Source: Sarea resinae
Taxonomy: Eukaryota
Direction of reading: 5' to 3'
Assembly (NCBI GenBank): GCA_026026165.1
Contig: JAPEUD010000100.1
Coordinates: 57,290 to 77,289, forward strand
DNA: 20,000 nucleotides
The position numbers and the translations under genes were made by a program. Under the pieces are notes generated by a model. It did not search any database and was not told the origin of the DNA. It saw nothing but the letters and a program-made list of their open reading frames with translations. This document shows positions 11,612-20,000 of this stretch, piece after piece (position 1 is the stretch's first letter; each line of letters opens with the position of its first letter).

Positions 11612-12410
11612 CACGAACCCTGCGAGCTGTAGATAGAACGCTCCTTGATATTCTTCTGGGGCCGTTCTAAAGTTAATCCACCGGTTGGAATAGTGCCATG
11701 GTTAATTACTTTGTCCCTTTAAAGAACAAAACCACCCCTAGCTGCACACTGAAAACCTTGCTTTTTGCCCTGCTATAACGCCAGGCTCCGTCGATAAATC
11801 AGAGGAACCTCTAATTGTGACAAGTGTCCGAAAAGAATTAATAGTCAACAAAAGCTCGCGACAAAGGTAAAAACTTGGACAACATCTTTCGCTAAAAGAG
11901 CGGGCAGTCAAATAAAAGCCAAAAACATACAGCAGCGGGTATTCGCTGGTCGTCACCGACCCAACTACTAATCCGCCGGTTTGTGGTTTGAGTACAGGAG
12001 AGCGGACGGGATCCTCTATATTCCACAACCTATGGTCGTATGTACCAAATTGTTACCTGTAATGTAATATAAACCACTTCTGCTTGGCTACGCATCATCG
12101 CATTCTAACACCTACCACTCAGGAAAACGGCAGACCCTTCGCATAAGCCGTCGTTGGCATCGCTCGGCCGCTCTCAAAATCTTTGCTCTGCCTAAGCGTA
12201 AGATACTGCCTAGTCTCTTAGTGCGTAGCAGCAGGTCTTCTACTTCTCTTCTTTGTTAGCGGCAAATTATTACAATCGCTGTAAGGGCGACATCTTTTTG
12301 TTGAGGATCTGCGCCTGTTCTTCGGCCCCAGAAGTGTTAAGGACATTGACATTGCCTGCTTACCTCGTGCAGGGTGTATCAAAGCCTGTAACGTGCCCAC
12401 CCAACCTGCG

Positions 12411-12683
12411 ATGAGAGTAGAAGATAGGATACTCGTCAGTGCGCCCAGGAAGCATCAGCCGGTCGTCGGTGCAGATCCGACAACCGCGATCTCGTCAGCC
12501 ACCAGCGATGTCAACCTGCGGTCCACGGCCGCCGCCAATGCCAACGTTGATGCTATTGTGGCTTTCCCCGCCAATGCATATGGCGATCATAAGCCCAGGC
12601 ACGCCAGACAAATGCAAGAGCAAGCCAACGCGGCAATCCTTGACCTCGTTAAAGCCGGCTGGGTCAAGCCGGACCCTGGGTGA
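12411..12683 (+). CDS. Small orphan ORF or exon, paralogous to 14899-15048
   Basis: ATG at 12411, with the frame open from about 12285. It shares 27/50 identical residues without gaps with the segment at 14899-15048. The true start is uncertain. Confidence 0.4.
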   Translation: MRVEDRILVSAPRKHQPVVGADPTTAISSATSDVNLRSTAAANANVDAIVAFPANAYGDHKPRHARQMQEQANAAILDLVKAGWVKPDPG

Positions 12684-12984
12684 ATTGAAGTAATATGAAC
12701 GTTGCCGTACACTAGGGACACTACACAAACAACGGACAGCAATGCTAGACATCATTAACAGCCGTAATGCAAGACGACAAATACAGAATGCGCTACAGGC
12801 ATATGAGATACAGTTCTATAATCTTTTCTTAGATAGCAATCATTGGTAGATAGCAATTCGATCAGATACATAGTAAGGACTTTAGTAGCGTCTAAGATAA
12901 AATAGAATAGTAAGGGTTGATTTTCAAATTTATCTTGATTTAGTGGTCTAGTCCATTCCCGGACCTCGAGCGGAACTTTTGATC

Positions 12985-13022
12985 GATCGCGTAGTACATA
13001 ACACTCACCGCGTGGTTACATA
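12985..13022 (-). mobile_element. Possible solitary terminal inverted repeat remnant of a Fot1/pogo-like (Tc1-mariner) DNA transposon
   Basis: The minus strand reads TATGTAACCACGCGGTGAGTGTTATGTAC, resembling a RIP-altered TA+CGTAA.C.CGGTGAGTG fungal Fot1-type end as I recall it. Adjacent 12820-12950 is TpA-rich. No partner TIR or transposase is seen. Confidence 0.3.
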
Positions 13023-13436
13023 AGTCAAAGGGCCGCAACACCTGAAGCCACTAGGTGGCCTGGTCTGGGGTTATAAGGGTCCAAAGCAAATGATTTTGAC
13101 CACTCGCAGCATGACTGCGATCTCGGAGTTCAACACGTTATATATCAATAGCCTTTTGCGACCGGAAGCATCGTAGGCTTGTATTCCGCCTCTACAGCTT
13201 CCCGGATGTAAAACGAGATTTGTAGTTTCTTCTCTTAGATAACTACGAAAGTAAAAGATCGCGACGTGCTACCCTGACCGTGTACGACGAGCGCACAAGG
13301 AACACACGTCCTTCTCTATATGACTCGTCTGTCAGAGAACACGCACTGCGAGCACGAGCAAAGACCGCTCCTCTCAGTCGTAGAGTCTAGTCTTTGTCAG
13401 CTTCAACGTACTTGATATTAGCCATGATAGCTCGAC

Positions 13437-13969
13437 TCACTCATCCTGTTCAACCAAATCAACGTGATCAAGTTCCTCGTTCTTGAACAGCCAACCAGTC
13501 ACACCGTCTTCCGCGTCCTCCTGTTTTTTCACGGGTGACTCGAAATTCTGGTATCCATTCTGTTGAAGCGCATCGTTGCCGCGAGAAGATTTCAACATGG
13601 CGGCTTCTTTCTTCTTCGAAGCGGTAGATCTGTTTGACTTCGGGGTCGACGCTTTCGTGACTCGGGTTTTGCTCGGTGTGCTGGGAGCAGAAACGTTATC
13701 GCCCTTGGTCTCGCGCTTGATCTTGTTGTAATGTTGACTTTGTAGGTATTTGGCATTAGCGCGATAGGATCAAGAGGCTAGGCGGCAGGGGGATCGGTAA
13801 GGTAAGAAGCGACAACTACCTGATTGAAGACTTACCGGCAAGCCTCTTGCGTAAAGCCTTCACCCATCTTTTCGGCGACAGCGGGCCAAGAAGGCGGCTT
13901 TGGGTTCACGATGTCAATGACGGCGAGAAGGAGCTTGCGCTCTTGAGCGGTATCCCAGGTGGCTGGCAT
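13437..13969 (-). CDS. Small Myb/SANT-like helix-turn-helix nuclear protein, 144 aa (not in the ORF track)
   Basis: Exon 1 is 13969-13836, the intron is 13835-13738 (GTAAGT...GCTAAT...AAG), and exon 2 is 13737-13437 (435 nt total). Translation: MPATWDTAQERKLLLAVIDIVNPKPPSWPAVAEKMGEGFTQEACRQHYNKIKRE, then an S/T/P/K-rich linker and an acidic tail. A TATTTAA element lies about 110 nt upstream. Confidence 0.88.
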
Positions 13970-14338
13970 GTTTACTTGCGAACGAGGGTGCTGTCGCGGG
14001 AAAAGACTGAAAGTGAAGGTTGAGTTGAAAAGAAGGTTGAGTCGGAGAGCATAATCATGTAGTGGGCGGGTGTCACAGCATTAAATACAGCAAAAGTCCG
14101 TGAATAAAGAGTACTGTAGGGTAATGTAACACACACACAAAGTGATATAGAGTGATATGATAAGAAACCTCTTAATATTAGTGAATAGTAAGCGTGTTAT
14201 AAGGCCAACTTCTAAGGAAAGTAAAGGAAAATGTAAAATACCTTCCATTTATATTGGATTGACTCTTTACAGACACAATAATCAGCACAACTCGACTACG
14301 CAATACCTCACGTCTATCACCCACTACCTGGAAGTAAA

Positions 14339-14623
14339 GTGTCGCAACCTATGGACATCTTGATGCTCGCTCATCGGAGCCAAACAGCTGTCGTGAGCGC
14401 ATCGACACTGCCAACGCTACCGATTTCAAAGCGAGCACAAAGGCCGCTCTTGATGCCAGTTCACGACTTGCGAGTCATTCATGGCCATGCTAAATCACGC
14501 AGCATTGTGTATTCGGCCGAGACGCAGCGTGTCATGATCGTGGACTTTGAGCGGTCTGAGATGCTGCCCTTACCAGAGAATGGCCAGCTGAAGGCGTCAA
14601 GAAAAATCACCGGAGTCTGTTGA
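14339..14623 (+). pseudogene. Degenerate fragment of a fungal protein-kinase-like (PKL) domain
   Basis: VHDLRVIHGHAKSRSIVYSAETQRVMIVDFERSE resembles the kinase-like C-lobe motif LHxxGVLHGDxxxRNI...RVMIVDFERA, but the catalytic D and N are replaced (H, S). The upstream part is AT/TpA-rich and not open. Confidence 0.6.
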
Positions 14624-14691
14624 GGAGAGCCGGAATCGGCAGAGTAGTCCACAATTGCAGCTGGTGACGAAAATGCTCCGGCGATGCATAG

Positions 14692-15153
14692 GTCTGCGGA
14701 GCGAAACGCAAGTCAGCCTTTGAGGAACCCGCCTGGGTCTGCTACTGGAAACATCAATGTCCTTTAAAAAGTCCGCTTGGATGCCCGACTGGCAAAGCCA
14801 ATGACTTGAAGGCGGATCCGATCCAGGCTGCAGCCGATTGCATCAACCCGTCCACGAGGCATCGACTGGGAGTGAGGGCAGCAAACGCCAGGGCGGCACC
14901 GACAACTGCAGTCACGTTAGCCACCAGTACTGTCAACGTGCAGTCCACAGCCGCCGCTAATGCCAATATCGATGCTTATTGTAGTCCCACCATTAATGAC
15001 CACGGCGATCTTGATGCCAAGCACTCTGAACAGATGCTGGGGCAAGCTAGGAATTCCGCATTACAGAAGGCATTCCAGCGTGGACTCAACGAAGCAGCTT
15101 GGATTTTGGAACGCCTTGTGCGTCGCTATAAGGGCGCTCCCCCGAAGACTTGA
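14692..15153 (+). CDS. Orphan ORF/exon without ATG, paralogous to 12477-12626
   Basis: The frame is open from after TAG (~14691, a possible CATAG acceptor) to TGA 15153. It contains AKRKSAF (NLS-like) and the shared PTTA..ATS.VN..STAAANAN.DA module. Confidence 0.4.
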   Translation, partial: VCGAKRKSAFEEPAWVCYWKHQCPLKSPLGCPTGKANDLKADPIQAAADCINPSTRHRLGVRAANARAAPTTAVTLATSTVNVQSTAAANANIDAYCSPTINDHGDLDAKHSEQMLGQARNSALQKAFQRGLNEAAWILERLVRRYKGAPPKT

Positions 15154-15385
15154 TTGAGTTCCGTCTATCGTCGAGGAGGCCAGGCCTCGATGCTCACGCT
15201 TAGGCCGTCTATCCGCTCTCCAGGTTGGCCCATCAAATCCCGAGGACCTTGTGAGAGACAATCAGTCGTTCTCAATTCATATTCATCTTCAGCAAACGCG
15301 CCATTTGCGATCAATATCAAGGAGCGGGTGTCCATCTCTTCAGGAGCAGGAGACCCAGACCGCCTGATACTCCATATCAAGTCCT

Positions 15386-16062
15386 TTGTCCGATCATCTC
15401 ATCACTGAGCGTTACCCGTTTCCTGTAGACAACAGCCTAGAACCAGTTTCTTGGGCCCTTGAACAACCGACTTCGAACAGTGTACCATTTGCAACCCAAC
15501 ACAACTTAACGCAACTTAACAAAACCCCACCTCTTTCAAATGCAGTACACCTTCAAGACGAGACCAACGACAAAACACCTATTTCGAGCGACTATGATGA
15601 GACCATCGACCCCTCACGCATCCTTATAAAGGACGACACTGCTTCGCGATATTTTCGAGGCAGTCCTCCCTCGACCCTACCTCAACCCCATCTGCATTGC
15701 CAATGCCCGGGCTGCGAAAAGCTTTTCCTGAGGCAGTGCGATCGCAAGTGAGTAGAATCCTTTCCTAAAAAATCCTACTAGCTTCTAGCCTTGTGCTCCA
15801 CACAAAAGCTGACCACTCTCTATTTCTGTGAAGGGAACACATGAAATGCCACGTCCGGCCGTACAGCTGCCGTGTGCCAGGCTGTACCGCGCGGCCCTTT
15901 TCACTAAAGAAGGATCTAACGCGCCACCACTGCGCAGTTCACAAGCCGGACCCAACGAAATTATTCCAGTGCAGGATCGAGAACTGCACCAAGTACAGGC
16001 ACTGGTTTAATCGGAGATCAAATTTCGTGCGGCATTGCAGACAAAGGCACGCTGGTGCGTAA
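15386..16062 (+). CDS. C2H2 zinc-finger protein with three fingers; 5' end/start codon unresolved (possibly truncated)
   Basis: Intron 15748-15833 (GTGAGT...GCTGAC...AAG) completes finger 1, CQCPGCEKLFLRQCDRKEHMKCH. Finger 2 is CRVPGCTARPFSLKKDLTRHHCAVH and finger 3 is CRIENCTKYRHWFNRRSNFVRHCRQRH. There is an in-frame TGA at 15365-15367 and no ATG between it and the fingers. Confidence 0.8.
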
Positions 16063-16703
16063 TTTTAGTAGGACCTAAATGGTACTACTATAGCGCTGTT
16101 AGCGGGATAACTGTAAGAGGTAGAATTAGTAGTTCTATATTTATTTTCTCTATTATGCTTATATAGTCACAACAATTTATAATCACTGTCTTTACTGTGT
16201 GTAAATCTTCTCTAAGTGTAGATATTATCTATTTTTATCGCTCTTATTATTTAAAGAAGTTAACCTAACTTTAGTGACTAGTATAGTAGATAGTAATTAA
16301 AAGATCTTTTCTCCTATTATTAAACTATCTATATAAGTTATTGCTTTTAGAAGTATCTTAGCTTCTTATAGCTGTATTTAACCTATCTTTTACCTTTAAA
16401 ATTTAAGTGCATATAACTACCTTCTAAAAGCACTCTAATTCCTTATCTTTACACACTTAATATATATAGGATATAGGTTAGGATTAGAAGTTTTTAAAGT
16501 TAATTAGGATTTTCTAACTATAATAACTCTATAACTACATATTATATAGAGATAATTTTATAATAAGTTCTATTCTAATTTAATAACTCTAAAGATCTAT
16601 TATATTATTATATAATTATTTGTTATATATAATAAGATACACTAGTATAAGTGTAAAGAAGCTAATTCTATAAGTTTTTTAAGGTAAAAAGTAGCTATAT
16701 ATA

Positions 16704-16955
16704 GTTTCTTACTTATATTTCCTATTTTATTTCTTTCTAGTCGCTTATATTTCTTATTTAGTTTTCTCTCTAGTTACTTATATTTCCTATTTAGTTTTCT
16801 CTCTAGTTACTTATATTTCTTATTTAGTTTTCTTTCTAGTTACTTATATTTCTTATTTAGTTTTCTTCTAGTTGCTTATATTTCTTGTTTTGTTTTTCTC
16901 TAGTTATATATATTTCTTGTTTTATTTTCTCTCTAGTTGCTTATATTTCTTATTA
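16704..16955. repeat. 33-bp minisatellite, ~7.5 copies (ctagttacttatatttcttatttagttttctct)
   Basis: Unit starts (ctag) at 16737, 16770, 16803, 16836, 16868, 16900 and 16933, plus a partial copy upstream. Copies differ mainly by C/T and G/A transitions. Confidence 0.92.
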
Positions 16956-18102
16956 TCTACTCTTAAATCCTAAGTCTAATCTAAACTAATTCTTTTTAAC
17001 TAGGATCTATATTCTTATAGCATCTAATACACTATACCTTTTTAATATAGATACTCTAAGAAATATAATACTAAAGAGAAGCTATAAGCTATCTAGTAAG
17101 CGTTATAGTAGGGTTATTAAGTTAGTTAGTTATATAGAGAGTAGTTAAAGAGATAGGTTAGTGTAGCTGTTTATTATAGCATTGTTTCTTACTTTATAGG
17201 TAGCTTCTAGTTCTTTAGTTTATTATACAATTTAGTTTAAATCTTCTTACTAGTTTAAGTCTAGTAAGCTAGTAAGTTAGGTTATTTAAGTGCGTTTTAT
17301 ATTTAGTTCCTAATTATTTAACATATATATCTAGCGTCCTACTTCTACTGCTATTACTATATCCTATAGCCTACTATATATATCCTTTACTTCTTACTCT
17401 TAAAAGAGTAACTATTAAAGCCCTTTATATTAGTAACCTATATAGAGTATAAACAACTTAATCTAATATAAGGAATTGCTTAAATCTTTAGAGTATAAAA
17501 AGGTACCTAGTTAGTATTAAAGGGTTAGTGTAGCACTATATATAGTGGTATTAGAAATTAAGCACTTAGATAGAGACGCTTTTTACTAGCCTAGCTAGTA
17601 AAAAGACTAGGTCTTAAAAGTAGTGCAAGTAGTTGTTATAGCAACTATAGTAGTAAGATTATAATTAGCATATTATTTACTAGATTATAGTTAGGTTGCT
17701 TATACACTAAGAAGTGTTAGAGGTTACTAAAAGAAAAGAATTAAGAGAGTAGAGATAGAGAGAGGTAGTAAGGCGCGCTATAAATGCTATAGATATGTAT
17801 AGCATAGAGTAAAGTGCTACTATAAGAGTTATATAAGTCTTTTAGCTGATTTAGAGCTACCTTTAGGATTTATCTTTAGTTTCCTACTCTTTATTATAAT
17901 ATCTAACTCTAGAATAGCTCTATCTACTTTATCTAGTACTGTTCTAGCACCTAATATTATAATACTAGATATAACAATATAGTTAGCAACTACACTAAGG
18001 ATTAGAACTCTTATTAAATTAGCTACTCTAAGCTAAAAGAGTATAACCTCTTTTAAGTAGCTACTATAAGATAATATATAGCCTAGTGTATTTTAGGTTC
18101 TT

Positions 18103-19110
18103 ATACTACTACTTAGGTCTACTAGAGCACTCTATTTCACTAGGTAGAATATTACTAAATTCTTTAAGCGCTTTAACAATCTATATAATAAGTATTAAGT
18201 TAGTAAAGAGAAGTGTTTTAAGAAGTTGCTACACTATTGCAATAAATCTATAGGCCTTCTAATTAAATCAGCCACTGCCTACTAAGGTAGAGACTAGAAT
18301 ACTCTAGTCTATACACTTTATAAGGAATAGAAAAAAGAGGATATAAAGTAGTGCATTTACTTCTAAGAATTTCTTAAAGAGTATAAGAAGATATTATATA
18401 TATTAGTAGATAAGGTTCGCCTCTTTTACTAATAGTTTACTAGTATCTTAATAGAGCTAGTTAAGTATAGTGTCCTTAATAAATACACCTAGTGCAAGTA
18501 GTTTCTAGATAGACTTCTAGTTAAAATAAAGTCCTATATAGTGTAAAAGTCTAAAGTTAACTTTAAAGACTATAGTACTCTTAACTTTAAAAAGATACTT
18601 AATATAAGCCTTAAAGAGTGTAAAAGCATAGTAACTCTAGAGCACCTAGATAGGTAGTAGCCTAAGAAGAGTATTATAACACTTATAAAAGAATATTAAA
18701 GGCTAGAGGTGTATAATATAGCCTCTACTCTAGTAGCTCCTATAGTTCTTAAACTTTCTCTTACTCTAGCACTAGGTATAGATACTCTTATAAAAGCAAT
18801 AGAGGTGCTAGCTATACTAATTAAGGTTATATTAGTATAGCTTAAGAAAAGAGTAGTAGTGCTACTAAAAGAGAATAAAAGACAGCCTAACCTAGCACTC
18901 TAAGCACTTTATATACCTGCTAGTACTATTAATACAGTTAGTATAGCTAGTGCTACTAGTAGTAGTATAAGAGAGAGTAGTTTTACTTAGATATATCTTA
19001 TATACTAGTTAAGAGAGCACTAGAGTAAGTTGCGCTACCTAGTACTAAAAGAATTCTTAGACTAGAATAAAGTGTATCTTAATAACTTTAGAAGAGTATA
19101 TATTAGCTAG
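18103..19110 (+). mobile_element. RIP-inactivated Ty3/Gypsy LTR-retrotransposon gag relic
   Basis: Reversing C>T/G>A changes at 18103-18240 gives approximately MPPPGSTGAPYFTGQNVTEFFERFDNLCDEYQVGEEKRFKKLPHYC, a fungal Gypsy gag N-terminal motif. In the same frame, ~18994-19110 gives C-L-M-C...EH.....CP.L.E.....VHLND.GRVCIG, a zinc-knuckle-like motif. Element boundaries are not resolved. Confidence 0.7.
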
Positions 19111-19922
19111 ATAGCAGACTAGGGACTAGAAATCTCTATACTTTTTTAAAACTCTAGCACAACGTTTAGATAAGCTATAAGAGAGGCTATATAAGTAGAG
19201 GTAGTAAGGTTATATTGCTCTATACTAAGAGATATTTATATTACAGTGTTTAGAGTTACTTACCTTTATACTAAAGCAGTAGATATAGATAAAAAAGTAG
19301 AAGATATTACTAGCTTAAAAAAAGTTAGTGTAAATAGCGCTAGGCTAGTAGAGGTAGCCTAGTATTTATAGCCTAACTATATTGCAGCAGGTAATCCTAC
19401 TAGGATTAAAGAGATGTACTAGGTATATACTCTAACTACCTAGCCTTTAATTAGCCTACCTTGCTAGTAAAAAGTAGGATTAAGTAGAGTAGGATTAAGC
19501 AATTGCTACTGTGTTAAAATCGCCTCTTAACGCTGCTAGCTGCATCTCTAACCCTTAAGGAGCTGCCTTTCTATAGCACTTAATTAATTATCTGTTACTA
19601 TTAATGCTGTTTAGGCCTGCTTAACTCTCTAGAGTTATACTTAACCTTAGTTAGAGCTACCTTCTACTTATACCTCTAACTGCATTGCTACTAAGTAAGT
19701 AAGCAAGTAAGTAAGCATGCTCTAGGTAACTCTTAGTAGCTATAGCTACTTTTTTTAAAATAGCAACTAAGCGACTAACTAACTAGTTAAGCGCGCCCTA
19801 GGTAACTCTTTATAGCACCTTAAGAGAAGCAAGCCTTAGTAGTATCCTAACTATATAGCTAGTCGCTATCCTATCTAATACAGCTGTTTAATAATTAAAC
19901 TTCTAGACAGTCTAGTAGAAAA

Positions 19923-20000
19923 AGGGTTAGGGTTAGGGTTAGGGTTAGGGTTAGGGTTAGGGTTAGGGTTAGGGTTAGGGTTAGGGTTAGGGTTAGGGTT
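19923..20000 (+). repeat. Telomere repeat tract (TTAGGG)n, right chromosome end
   Basis: AGGG, then 12 perfect TTAGGG copies (19927-19998), then TT running to the end of the window. Confidence 0.99.

Larger units (their letters stand above)
16080..19920. mobile_element. RIP-degraded, AT-rich subtelomeric repeat/transposon block
   Basis: GC drops abruptly after 16062. TpA (TAG/TAA/CTA) is in extreme excess, CpA/TpG are depleted, and the track shows no ORFs of 60 aa or more. This is the classic repeat-induced point mutation signature. Confidence 0.9.

Noticed and set aside
11640..12400. Possible MITE or small gene in the intergenic stretch after the esterase
   Set aside because: No paired terminal inverted repeats, target-site duplication or credible coding motif found by eye.
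14128..14139. (AC)n microsatellite
   Set aside because: Only about 5 units; unremarkable.
16467..16490. Telomere-like words (taggttaggattag; also near 17520 and 19475-19500)
   Set aside because: Too short, and expected by chance in TAG-rich RIPed DNA; not an interstitial telomere.
16704..16955. Possible CRISPR-like array
   Set aside because: Units are contiguous with no unique spacers and the context is eukaryotic; it is a minisatellite.

Overview
Right-hand chromosome end of a filamentous ascomycete (Pezizomycotina-type short introns with CTRAY branch sites, a RIP signature and TTAGGG telomere repeats). Positions 1-16062 are a subtelomeric gene zone. It holds a 5'-truncated C2H2+Zn2Cys6 transcription factor, a divergent pair of a regulator-like protein and an MDR/quinone-reductase-type oxidoreductase, and a coiled-coil protein gene broken by a single +1 frameshift that resembles Mug135/Tdk1-like (DUF1773) proteins. 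It also holds a secreted type-B carboxylesterase, two paralogous orphan ORF segments, a small spliced Myb/SANT-like gene missed by the ORF track, a degenerate kinase-like fragment and a three-finger C2H2 gene. From about 16080 to 19920 the DNA is very AT/TpA-rich and RIP-degraded, with a 33-bp minisatellite and a recognisable Ty3/Gypsy gag relic. The telomere tract follows directly at 19923-20000. All family assignments come from motif recognition by eye; no database searches were run.
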